Shown here in pieces: positions 23,301 through 35,172 of a stretch of DNA of 64,000 nucleotides (position 1 is the first letter of the stretch; each line of letters opens with the position of its first letter). Source of the DNA: Malacoraja senta (taxonomy: Eukaryota). A program made the position numbers and the translations under genes. The stretch is taken from assembly GCA_038087875.1 (NCBI GenBank), contig CM075992.1, positions 9,302,001 through 9,366,000 on the forward strand, written 5' to 3'. The notes under the pieces are model-generated. The model had not been told where the DNA came from and did not search any database. It worked only from the letters and a program-made list of their open reading frames with translations.

Positions 23301-25184
23301 CATGCTTCTGAAATTAGCTGTTTGGCAGTCACAAATGTTTCCATTTTAAAATGTCTAAATTGCACAAAAGGATTCAGATTTATCAAATCTACAAGAATCC
23401 TACATCCTCCATCCTTTTTTTGATCGAGGGAATATATTTGACACAAATTGGTGACTTTGGTAGACTGATTTTTCAATAACCCCTTTTTTATATAGGGTTT
23501 CAATTGCAACCTGAACCTCCATCACTACTTTTTGTACAAAGTGCAGAGTTCGGCTAGGAACATGCTGAACAGGCAAATCATAATTTGGATTGAATTCAAT
23601 TCGAAATCCTTGTATATTATTCAGGATTACCACATCTGAAGTAATTTTCTTCCAATTATTATAGAAGAAATGTAACCTGCCTCCAACTTTTGGACTTAAT
23701 CCAGTTAGTATGTTCCCATGAGAACCAGGTCCACCTACCTCTTGAGTCATTTGAGTACCCTGAGATTCCTGGGTTCTCCCGGAAGCACGCCCACTGGTTC
23801 TTGCTCCCGCTGCAGGCCGCCAACTACGTCCCTGCATTGATGAGCGACTTGGTCCAGGATCCGTATGACGTCTGAAAGGATACTTCCTCTTTACAGACTT
23901 CACAACCATTGATGTCTTCATCAATCCTGTTTTCGCTTCATCTTCCAACTCTTTAATACGTCTCCCGAGATCTCTCCAAAGAGTAAGTTGGATAATTTGT
24001 ATATTACTTGGTTTGCAGAGTGCTGCGAATTTTGGATTCATAGTAGACCGTATAGCACTTCTCGAAGTGGGTGCTGCATAGCAACCCCAGTGCTTGCTGA
24101 TGCAACTTCGTCATCTTTTGGTTGTTACCTGCTATTCTGGTAAAAGGAGTTATTCCAGAACCCAGCAGCTTTAATATTCTCTGCAACTGATTCCAGATAA
24201 TTTAATTCACTGCTGCTGCTTTCAGCAACCCACAGTTACTTCTTGCAGTCTTATCCATTTCATGCTGTTCCAGCTAATGGTAAACCAAGTAATTTATTAA
24301 GGAGGCCAGTTCTTCCTAATGGCTCTCCTGACCCTGACGGGGCAGCGAATCCTACTGCCAGGGATGGAACATCTGGCAGCTGCCGTTCATCGCCTTGTAC
24401 AGCCTCACCGTCAGAGTCGGGGTCTGAAATCTCATGACCCGTAGCACACTCCTCATTCCTGAGGGTGCATTCCATCAGCCCTGAGCCAGGTGCTGTTAAG
24501 CTGCTCCTGCAGCTTGGATTACAGTACACTCCTTCCTGAGTGAACTTTGCTCCAACAACCTATGAAAAAGGCTTCTATTTGGGCAATACGCTCGAAAGCA
24601 GTATCTAGCCCTGTACCAGGAGCTGTTTGAGCTGTTTCCAGCAGCTTGGCTTTCAGAACACTCCTCCCTGAGTGAACTTTGCTCCAACAGCCTGTGTAAA
24701 AGGCTTTCTATTTGGGCAATACGCTCGAAAGCAGTATCTAGCCCTGGAGCTACTCCATTGCCTGGGACTCCCTCCGTTGGGATTTAAACTTTGTCTTTTG
24801 CCCGACAGGCGCTGACTGTGTTTTCACCAGCCCCAGGTCCACAGTCGCTATGCTCACCGCTGGCGACTGTACCGGGGTTTAGAGGCGGTTGGTCTCTAAC
24901 CGCAGACTCCCGACTTTCCCGACTTCTGTCGGCTATGTCGCTCGCCTCTTCCCCCTGTCCGTTTTTTCCCATGGCGTCTGTGGAAAAAATCGCCATAGAC
25001 CCACAGTAAACGGACCTGGAAAACCTGTAAAAAAGTTTTTACTTACCTTGTAGTTGAAAAACTACAAACCACTCGAGGAGCACTGCTCCTCACGTCCGTT
25101 TGCGTCAAGGCGTCTGACGTAATGACGCGCAGGCGCACTGGCGGGGTTCTTCACGTAGTCACTCACGTGACTCCGAAGTAAAAT
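20347..25184 (-). mobile_element. DIRS1-group tyrosine-recombinase retrotransposon, full-length with frameshifted ORFs
   Basis: gag-like pieces ~25000-23700; RT (YLDD) and RNase H (TDAS) 23509-22213; methyltransferase-like domain (DAFSLHW...FPPF) 22219-21839; YR (HSTR...GWS...FY) 21721-20859; ITRs at ~20419-20453 and 25123-25156; ICR at 20577-20690. Confidence 0.95.
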
Positions 25185-25392
25185 CTTCTTTCTCTCTCTT
25201 CTTTCTTCTTTCTCTCTATTTTTCTTTTTCTATCTATATAAAAAACCCCACTAGAAGCAGAATTAACTGACAATTGACAAATTTAATAATGTATGAGTGA
25301 TTGATGTATATGAAAAGTTTTTTCTTCTATTATAATATGCTACTCTACATTGTAATATGTTTGCTTCTAATAAAAATTTAAATCATAAAAAA
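25185..25392 (+). mobile_element. Remainder of the L1 3' UTR with AATAAA and A-rich tail
   Basis: Pyrimidine-rich UTR continuing the sequence left of the DIRS insertion; ends AATAAAAATTTAAATCATAAAAAAA. Confidence 0.7.
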
Positions 25393-28300
25393 AGGTACAA
25401 GTGGGGTGCAGGCACATGTGTGGGGTAGAATCGCAAGTTTGGGGCATCCCAAAGTGCTCATCTCGTCTTCAATACTCTCCGAGTGAAAATGAGCAATGCA
25501 CTGAAGAATTGTCCCTTTAATAACACACACATCCTTCTTGAAAGAAACATAGAATAAAATAAACATAATTGGCATTTTCTCCCTCAATATCCAACTAAAT
25601 TATCTGCAAATTGTAACCAGAATAATGACAAGACCATAATTGTTATGACACAATAAAAATTCTGGAAATAGTTTGCAACGAGTTAGACAGGATCTCTGGA
25701 ATGAAAAAGGGAATTAACATTTCAGGTCGATCAAGTTTCATCCGAATTTTGAATATCCAGCAACCACAGTATTTTGCTTTTGGAATAGTTTTACATAGAA
25801 AAAACAAACTGAGCCAAATGTGTTGTAGAGCCACAGGATTACACAGCACGGAAACAGCCCCTTCCAACTCATCCATGACGACTAAAATGCCCCATCAAAG
25901 CTAGCTCTAGTTTCAAATGTTTGGCCCATATCCCTCTAAACTATTCCTATCCACGGACCTGTCCAAATGTCTTTTATAGTACCTGCCTCACCCACTTCCA
26001 TTGGCAACTCATTCCTCGTATCCACTTCCCTACGTGTGAAGTTAGACAATAGACAAAAGGTGCAGGAGCAGGCCATTTGGCCCTTCGAGCCAGCACCGCC
26101 ATTCAATGTGATCATGGCTGATCATCCCCAATCAGTACCCCGTTCCTGCCTTCTCCCCATATCCCCTGACTCCGCTATTTTTAAGAGCCCTATCTAGCTC
26201 TCTCTTGAAAGCATCCAGAGAACCTGACTCCACCGCCCTCTGAGGCAGAGAATTCCACAGACTCACCACTCTCTGTGAGAAAAAGTTGCCCCTCAGATTC
26301 CTATTTAATCTCTCCCCACTCTGGAATTCTCTGCCTCAGAAGGCAGTGAAGGCCGGTTCTCTGGATGGTTTCAAGAGAAGGTTAGATAGAGCTCTTAAAG
26401 ATAGCGGAGTCAAGGGTTATGGAGAGAAGGCAGGAACGGGGTACTGATTGTGGATGATCAGCCATGATCACATTGAATGGCGGTTCTGGGTCGAAGGGCC
26501 GAATGGTCTCCTCCTGCACCTATTGTCTATGTATGTATCACTCACTTCTACCGATGCCCTCTAGTTCTCGATCTCCCCCCGACCCTGGAACAAAGACTCC
26601 ATTCACCCTTTCTGTTCACCTCGTAATTTTATATGCCTTTATAAGATCATCCCTCCGCCTCCAGCGCTCCAAGGAATAAAGTCCTAGCTTGCCCAACCTA
26701 TTCCTGTAGCTCAGGCTCTCAGGCCTTGGCAAGATCTTCATAAATTTTCTCTGCATCCTTTCCAGCTTAAGGGCGTTTTTCTTATAGCAGGGTGACCAAA
26801 ACTGAACACAGTACTCTATAAGTACGGCTAAGAGTAACGCAAGGATGGAGGATGGGAAATAATGAGACCATTTTAAATTCATATTGTCTCCTGTCACGTT
26901 TATATTACTGTACCCACTGGCTGGAGGCTGTATTAAGGAGTTGGAGGAATTTTTTCGATTAGTTCACATCTTGTGTCTACATCTACAGGCAGGGAACTGC
27001 ATATTTCCTCCGGAAACAAGTAATAGTTGTATCAACATTTGGTTATTTTACTTTAGACTTTAGAGATACAGCGTAGAAACAGGCCCTTCGGCCCACCCAG
27101 TCCCTGCCAACCAACGATTGGCACCATCCTATACACTTGTGACAATTCACAATTTTACAGAAGCCAATTAACCTACAATCCTCTAGGCCTTTGGAGAGTG
27201 GGAGGAAACCGGAGCACCTGGAGAAACTCCATGGGTCACAGGGAGAACGTACTGTCCAAACTCTGTACAGACTGCAGCCGTAGTCGGATTCGAACTCTGC
27301 CTCTGTAAGGGAGCAACTCTACCGCTGGTGCCACTGTGCCGCCCAATTTGTGGACACCATTGCTGATTCAAAACTTTTATGGAATTCTTAATCTATTTAG
27401 TTAGTTGAGTTTCAGTACCCTAGCTGCCATAATAAGATTGGAACCCCCAAGGTTTCTTAATCATTAGCTCTGGCCTTTGGAATATTCATTGAATAAAACA
27501 TGCTATCAGACCTGGTAGCATACATTACAAACCCAGTGCTATTCAGGATATGCTCATTGAAATAAAGTTTTTCATCTGTGAATTCTGTTACTTTGTTTTT
27601 TAGTTTATTAGTTTAGAGAAACAGCGCGGAAACCGGCCCTTCTGCCCACCGAGTCCGCAGCAACCAGCGATCCCCGCACATTAACACTACCCTACAAACA
27701 CTAGGAACAATTTTTTACACATACACCAAGCCAATTAACCTACATACCTGTACATCTTTGGAGTGTGGGAGGAAACCGAAGATCTCAGTTAATAGAAAAT
27801 AATTGGATCCCATAAATTATCGGTGGTATTGTTGGTATATCCTTTTCAGGTTTCTGCACCTTCAAATCTTAATCTATATCATGGAATATTTTCCTCATAG
27901 CGCCAGAGAGCTGGATTAAATCCTGACCTCGGCTGCTGTCCATATGGGGTTTGTATGTTCTCCCTGTGAACGTGTGGGTTTCCTCCGAGTGCTCCAATTT
28001 CCTCCCACATCTCAAAGACACGCAGTTTGTAGGTCAAAGATAGACACAAATTGCTGGTGTAACTCAGCAGGACAGGCAGCATCTTTGGAGAGAAGGAATG
28101 GGTGAGGTTTCGGGAAGGGTCTCGACTCTTCGGTTTAAACCAGCGTCTACACAGTTTGTAGGTCAATTGGCCTCTGTAAATTTCCCCGAATGTGTAGTAA
28201 GAAGCGAAAATGGGGGTAACTAACATGGAACTTGTGTGAACAGGTGATTGATGGTCAGCATGGACTCAATGGGCCAAAGGGCCTGTTTCCATGCTGTATC

Positions 28301-29212
28301 ATTTCAATTCAATTCAAAACATATGACAGAGAATGAGGCCATTCAGTCTGTCATGCTCATGCCCATTAAAAAATAAGTGCTAATGCTAACTTCCAGAATA
28401 AGATTTATATCTCGGGAGGTCAGAAAACTCTTCAAGTACACATACATTTACTATTGAATGTGATGAGGGTTTCTGCATCACACCTTCTCACCCCACACTG
28501 CCTGACCACTGGTTGAAAACCTTTCTCCTTAATTCTCCATTACCAATGACATTAAACCATGGCCTCTCTGTCTTGTAACACCCCTGCTGATCAAAATAGA
28601 TCTTTCTTATTTATTTTTATCTAGGCTCCTCATTACTTTATGCATCACAATTAAGCTTCAGCTCAGCTTCTTCCAAAGAAAACAATCCTTCCTTATCTAG
28701 AATCCTGGACCTGAAGCACTGTTCCTCCATTCCGACACCGGAGTTCCGATCATCCCGGCGAGAGGGCCTGTACATCGGGCCGTCCGTAGAGGCGACTGCA
28801 GAGGGTTCTCTGCCCCGACCACGGGTGGACACAGAGGAAGATGACTGAACTTTATTGCCTTCCATCCCAATGGGAAACGTTGAATCCGCTGTGGTGGATG
28901 TTTATGTTAAACTCTATCGTGTATTGTGTTTTTATTTTTAACTCAAATTTCACTGTACCAATTGGTACATGTGACAATAAATGTGACCTTGAACTAATCC
29001 TTGTTTTCTCTCTCCACGGGTGCTGCCTGAGTTTTTCTCGCATTTTCTGTTTTATCTGTAGCTGTTTTGTTTCAGTGTACTATTTCATCCAATGCACTCC
29101 TTCATTTGGTATTGGTGTTGGTTTTATTATTATCACATGTATTGAGAAACGGTGAAAAGCTTTATTTTTGTTTACTAGCCAGGCAAATCATGCCATATAT
29201 CAGCTTGCGCAA

Positions 29213-29266
29213 GGGGTGGGAGATTGCAACCTTCACGTGGTCCGCCCTGTTTCGACAAATGCAATC
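29213..29266 (+). ncRNA. Minimal HDV-like ribozyme at the 5' end of a short retroposon (family B)
   Basis: P1 GGGGUGG/CCGCCCU; P2 GAUUGCA/UGCAAUC; P3 ACC/GGU; L3 UUCACGU; GU-UUCGA linker; J4/2 CAAA with C at 29256; stems covary with the family A copy. Confidence 0.85.
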
Positions 29267-29351
29267 AACCCGGCGTGCACAATCAAATAAGATCAAATAG
29301 AACAAGTTGTCCGACAACTTTAGGTTGTGCAGGCCATACGCAAGAAGAAGA
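29213..29351 (+). mobile_element. Ribozyme-headed short retroposon, family B, with RTE-X-like tail
   Basis: TSD AGCTTGCGCAA at 29202-29212 and 29352-29362; (AAG)n tail; last ~37 nt match the LINE end at 18195-18232. Confidence 0.87.
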
Positions 29352-30508
29352 AGCTTGCGCAAAAGAGAAAATAAACAGACTGCAGAATTTAGTGTTACAG
29401 CGATCCCCGCACATTAACACTATCTACTCACACTAGAGATAATTTAGAATTATACCAAGCCAATTAACCCACAAACCTGTATGTCTTTGGAATATGGGAG
29501 GAAACCGGAGAAAACCCATGCAGGTCACAGGGAGAACGTATACAAACTCCGTCTATACCAGTATCGAACCCAGGTCTCTGGCGCTGTGAAGCAGCAACTC
29601 TACACTGTGCCCCGTCATTATGAACATGTTGAACCTCCGTAGCCTTAGAGTAGAGATGTTAGTGTGTCTCTCCAGTGATACAGAAGCAGGCCGTTCCATA
29701 AACTGCCACCGAGAGAGCAAACTAATTACTCCCATTCCCTGATCTCTTATCACAGCCGGCAACTTGTCATTTCCAAATCTTCACCTAATTCCCCTATTGA
29801 ATGTGATTATGCACATCAGCGGTGATATTATTTACTGCAGAGCATGCCTGCGGAGCCTAACGGCTTATTGCTACTTCTTTCAATGTATCCACTCTGTTTC
29901 CATCATTCTTCCAGTCAGAAAATTTCATAAAGAACACGTGCAAAAATTGTATCTATTTTTCATACCATCTCCGGTTCATTTGCCAATGCCATAAATCAAC
30001 CCTGTTATCACCAGAAATCATTTCTCCTTATCTACTTGACAAGAAGTACATACATCGTGGCTCAAAGGACAGCTTTTCATGTTTATACATAGCCAGAGAC
30101 CAACCCCCGCTTCCCTCTGGAGCCTAATTACAGCATCCTTGACTGTCGTAAGCTTTGCCTGACCGCACAGGTTTAACAACATTCCCTTGCCTGGTGAATT
30201 GTGCAATTATTTCTGTTTCCTCAATTATTCCCTTCTTGTTCCACGGCGCACATTTCTAAGCATATCTCTGTTGACGAACAAACATCAGCACCTTTTAATC
30301 CTGAATTTCAAGTTATGTTCATAGCAATCCAATACATCACCCAAGATAGACCCAAAAAGATGGAGTAACTCAGCGGGTCAGACAGCATCTCTGGAGAAAA
30401 GGAATAGGTAACTTTTCGGGTTGAGACCCTTCTTCAGACTGGGTCTTGACCCGAAACATCCATCACCCATTCCTTCTCTACAGAGATGCTGTCTGATCCG
30501 CTGAGTTA

Positions 30509-30990
30509 AGGGCCTGTCCCACGGGCATGCGATTCCAGGCGGCAAGCGCAACCTAACCGGAAGCGGTTGCCGCGCGGAGGCCGAGTGATCACCGTACAGC
30601 CTGTCCCACAAGCATGCGAATGCATGCAACTAACCGGAAGCGGGGGGTGCGCGGACGTCCATTTTGAGCGGTCTGTTTGAAGCTCGAGTGATGACGTCGG
30701 GTTTGAAGGCTTCGGGTGATGACGTCAGCGCGCAACGCAATGCGCTAGCCTACTCCGTCGAGACGGTGCGCGGCGTCCAGGCGGTGCTCGCGGCGGCAGC
30801 AGGGCGGCAGGCTGTTGCCGCACGGGATTTTTGGACAGTGTCAGTTTTTCTGAGCCCCGCGCGGTGTCGGGACCACCTACATACGGCTCCAGTGATCTAC
30901 GTGGGACCGACCCCGCGGTCCCCGCGCGGCTTCCGCTTCCTGCTAGGTCGCGCTTGCCGCCTGGAATCGCCTGCCCGTGGGACAGGTCCT
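30509..30990. mobile_element. PIF/Harbinger-type MITE
   Basis: TIR AGGGCCTGTCCCAC extended into long inverted arms; TTA TSD splitting the Penelope-tail sequence GAG-TTA-CTCC. Confidence 0.85.
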
Positions 30991-31120
30991 TTACTCCAGC
31001 TTTTTGTGTCTATCTTCAGTTTAAACCAGCATCTGCAGTTCCTTTGGACACAATGTATCATCCAGCTTGTCACCACAGGGGAAGTGTTCATTGTGAAATC
31101 TAGGATGCTCGTAACAGTTA

Positions 31121-31704
31121 AAGGCCTGTCTCACGAGTCTGCGGTCATTGGCGGCGAAACGGGAAGAATCTGCCACCATAGACCGCGCACTTGTGAGAAC
31201 GCACAATTCCGGGGCCGTGCGGCGTTGTTCCCAACACCGCACGGTGCTAAAATAAAACCTACACTGTTGAAAACTATATTCTTACCGCACAACCTCCACC
31301 AGTGATGCACGAGTGCGGCACGGCCGCCCGCACGGGCCGCCGCCAGTGTGGCTCGAGCGCCGTGCGTCAAACTTCCACCGCCACAGCCTCCGCCAGTGAG
31401 GCACGTGTGCGGCACGGCCGCAGGCACAGCCACCGCTACAGCACCGCGATCAGGACGGCCGCCGCCACAGCCGCCGCTAGTGAGTCACGTGCGGCGGGCC
31501 GTCGTCATCGCAGTCGGCCCGCCCTTTTTTTAACTTACCGCAAGCACGTGGGACCAGCCGTATTTGAATCACTCGGCCCCCGCGCAGCATCCGTGCGGCG
31601 CTCCCGTGGATAGGCTCGGCGCTCTCGCCGTTGACGTGCGGTCCACTCTACAGGCGAAGCCGCGCTTCACCGCCGATGACCGCAAACACGTAAGACAGAG
31701 CCTT
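31121..31704. mobile_element. PIF/Harbinger-type MITE, GC-rich
   Basis: Ends AAGGCCTGTCTCACG ... CGTAAGACAGAGCCTT flanked by TTA/TAA. Confidence 0.65.
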
Positions 31705-31909
31705 TAATATTTTCATTGTGATATTGTACATTTTAATATGTTTAGGTTTATTGTGGAAAGTGCACTGAGGAACAGTGAAAAGATCAGATAATATGAGAGA
31801 AACTGTTGTTCCTTTGTTTAAGAAAGGAAGCAGAGAGAATCTAGGGAACTCTAGGCCGGTGAGCCTCATGACAGTGGTAGGGAAACTATGGGAGAGAATT
31901 CCTCGAGAT

Positions 31910-32601
31910 CAAGAGCGGATCTCGCTATCAAAACATGGGGACGGGACACAATTTTTTGGCGGCCACGCGCACATGCGCACTCTCACACACACGCGGCGAG
32001 GATTCGGAGGCTCAATCCAGCGCTAAATGCAGCTCAACTGCCTGTCTCATCAGGTTAACTACAGCCCTGTCTGGACTGACGGGACACCAGCGCTGCTTCT
32101 CCGCACTGGCCATATTTCCCGCAAGTCCAACAAGGGTTGTAAGCTCACCTGGCGGGACAGGCAGAGTTAGCTGGGATTAGCGCTGCTTCTCTGCGCTGGC
32201 CCGTCTGACTGCCGACCAAAGATCCTATAGCGGAGGATCTTTGCTCCTGACCTCTCTGGCCACCCGTGGGGGGGAGGGGGGGTACTCGGGTGGGGACGGG
32301 ACAGCGCTGGAGACCCGGCCGGGATCGATCCTGTCCTGGCTGCGGATGAAGCGCAGGTCTGTGCCACGTCTCCCTCCTCCAATCATCGCGCTGAATCATG
32401 TCCCGCCCCCATTGCCTGCTGACCGACGTCTCTCTCATCCAATCAGCGCCCTCGATCATCAGTCCCACCCCCATTGTCTCGCGGAAAGCGGAGATTTTAA
32501 AATCCGGATCACAAAAACTTGGGGGGTATGTCCCACACCTCTCAAAACATGGAGGGGACGTGTTCCCTCTGGCCCCCCCCCCCCCGGGTTTTCCGCCCCT
32601 G
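31910..32601. mobile_element. hAT-type non-autonomous transposon inserted in a CR1 fragment
   Basis: 8-bp TSD CTCGAGAT at 31902-31909 and 32602-32609; CA...TG ends (CAAGAGCGGA / TCCGCCCCTG); the CR1 frame VVGKLWERIPRD-RIYSH resumes after it. Confidence 0.8.
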
Positions 32602-33734
32602 CTCGAGATAGAATTTATTCTCATTCAGAAGTGAATGGGCTAATTAGGGAGGGCGGCAGGTCGTGTCTCAGTATCTTGATTGAGTTTTTTGAGGAGATGA
32701 CAAAGGAAATTGATGAAGGTGGGTGTTATATACCTTGGCTGGCATATATGAGGCTTCCGATCTCAACCTCATTGAGACATCCGCGGCCGATCACCGGGTC
32801 GACTGTGGATGGGGCTCTGGAACACCAGCCCGGCCGGAGCCGACAGATCCGTTCCCATAGCCGACGTCTGAGGCTGAATTTGAGAGCCAGTATCTCGCCC
32901 CCCCCCCTTCCCCTCCCCCCGAGGATATGTTCTCTGTTGGTCCGGCAAAACGGATAATAGGGCAAAGCTCTGGAACCAATGGTGCCGGAAAAATGGTGGA
33001 GGACCTGCACAGCGCGATATAGATCAGCTGGAGAAATGGGTGGAGAAATGGCAAATGAAGTTTAACCCAAGCAAGTAAGAGGTGTTGCACTATGTGTGGT
33101 TGAATGTAAGGAGATAATATACAGTTAATGGCAAGATTATTAACAGCATTGATGTACAGAGGGATCTTGAGAGTCCAAGCAATCACAATCATAATAATCA
33201 TAATCATACTTTATTTGCCAAGTATGTTTTGCAACATACGAGGAATTTGATTTGCCATACAGTCATACCAATAAAAAGCAACAGAACACACAAAATACAT
33301 TTTAACATAAACATCCACCACAGTGACTCCTCCACATTCCTCACTGTGATGGAAGGCGAAAAAAAGTTTAATCTCTTCTCTTCTTTGTCCTCCAGTGGTC
33401 GGGGGCCTCTAGCCTTCCGTTGACAGGACCATCTTACTCCCATAGCCGGTGGTGGGCCTTCTCGTCGGGGGGATCAAGCTCCTGCCTCGGGGGGGAATCT
33501 CAGCTCCCCCGTGCCGGGTGATCTACCCCGGGTCGGGGCTAGTCGATCGTCGTGTGACTTTTGGAGCTTCCTGACGTCGGTCTCAACCTGAGACTGCGAG
33601 CTCCTTGATGTTAAAGTCCGCAGTTGGAGCCTCGATCCCAGGCAAGGAATCGGCTCCGATGGTAAGTCCACGCCCCCGCGGTTGGGCTCAAAGTCAGTCC
33701 CGAGCAAGGCCTCCAGCTCCACAATGTTCATAAC

Positions 33735-35172
33735 TTACTAAAGTGGCAGCACAGTGGAAACGGTTGTTAAGAAGGTGTAAGGTATGCTTGCCTTCATTGT
33801 TGGGGGCATTGAATATAAGAATAAGAAAGTCATGATGCAGCTCTATATGACAGTGGTTAGGTCACATTTGGAGTATTGTGTGCAGTTATGGTCGCCCTAT
33901 AATAGGAAAGATGTGGAGGATTTGGAGAGGGTGCAGAGGACGTTCACCAGAATGCTGCCTGGATTAGAGGGGTTCACCTTCAGGGAAAGGTTGGATAGAC
34001 GTGGATTGTTTTCTCTGGAATGTCGGAGGTTGAGGGGAGACTTGAGAGGTATATAAAATTATGAGAGACATAGACGCAGTAGACAGTCATAATCTTTTTC
34101 CCAGGGTGGAAATGTCCACCACTAGAGGGCATAGCTATAAGGTGAGAAGGAAAAGGTTTAATGGAGATGTGTAAGGCAGGTTTTGTGCATAGAGGGAGGT
34201 AGGGACCTGGAACGCATTGCCAGGGATGGTGGTGGAGGAAGATATGATAGTGGCATTTCAGAGGCTTTTAGATATGCACATAGGTAAATGCAGGATGTCA
34301 AGTGTCAAGTTGGGAAACGGGGAAGTACAACGGGATCTGGGGGTCCTTGTTCATCAGTCACTGAAAGCAAGCATGCAGGTGCAGCAGGCTGTGAAGAAAG
34401 CAAATGGCATGTTGGCCTTTATATCAAGAGGAGTTGAGTATAGGAGCAAAGAGGTCCTTCTGCAGTTGTACAGGGCCCTAGTGAGACCACACCTGGCGTA
34501 TTGTATGCAGTTTTGTCCCCTAATTTGAGGAAGAACATTCTTGCTATTGAGGGAGTGCAGCGTAGGATTACAAAGTTAATTCCTGGGATGTTTAAGAAGG
34601 AACTGCAGATGCTGGAAAATCGAAGGTAGACAAAAATGCTGGAGAAACACAGCGGGTGCAGCAGCATCTATGGAGCGAAGGAAATAGGCAACGTTTCGGG
34701 CCGAAACCATTCTTCAGACCTTAATTCCTGGGATGGTGGGACAGTCATATGCTGAGAAAATGGAGCGGCTGGGCCTGTATACTCTAGAGTTTAGAAGGAT
34801 GAGAGGATATCTTATTGAAACATAGACGATTATTAAGGGTTTGGACACGCTAGAGGCAAGAAACATGTTCCCGATGTTGGGGGAGTCCAGAACCAGGGGC
34901 CATAGTTTAAGAATAAGGGGTAACCATTTAGAACGGAGACGAGGAAACACTTTTTCTCACAGAGAGTTGTGAGTCTGTGGAATTCTCTGCCTCAGAGGGC
35001 GGTGGAGGCCGGTTCTCTGGATACTTTCAAGAGAGAGCTAGATAGGGCTCTTAAAGATAGTGGAGTCAGGGGATATGGGGAGAAGACAGAAACGGGGTAC
35101 TGATGGGGATGATCAGCCATGACCAGCTGGCTCGCAGGGCCGAATGGCCTACTCCTGCACCTATTGTCTATT
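33735..35172 (+). mobile_element. CR1 (HER1-like) LINE 3' fragments; others at 1070-1490, 9705-10095, 16427-16845, 18370-18640, 26040-26820, 35245-36110, 43050-43570, 46720-47320, 55110-55450
   Basis: LYxALVRPHLEYCVQFW, RRLRGDLIE, TRGHSL, FFSQRVV motifs and (CTATTGT)n tails. Confidence 0.9.

Noticed and set aside
30664..32957. GC-rich ORFs of 100-238 aa
   Set aside because: They lie within TSD-bounded MITEs and CR1 debris; no recognisable domains.
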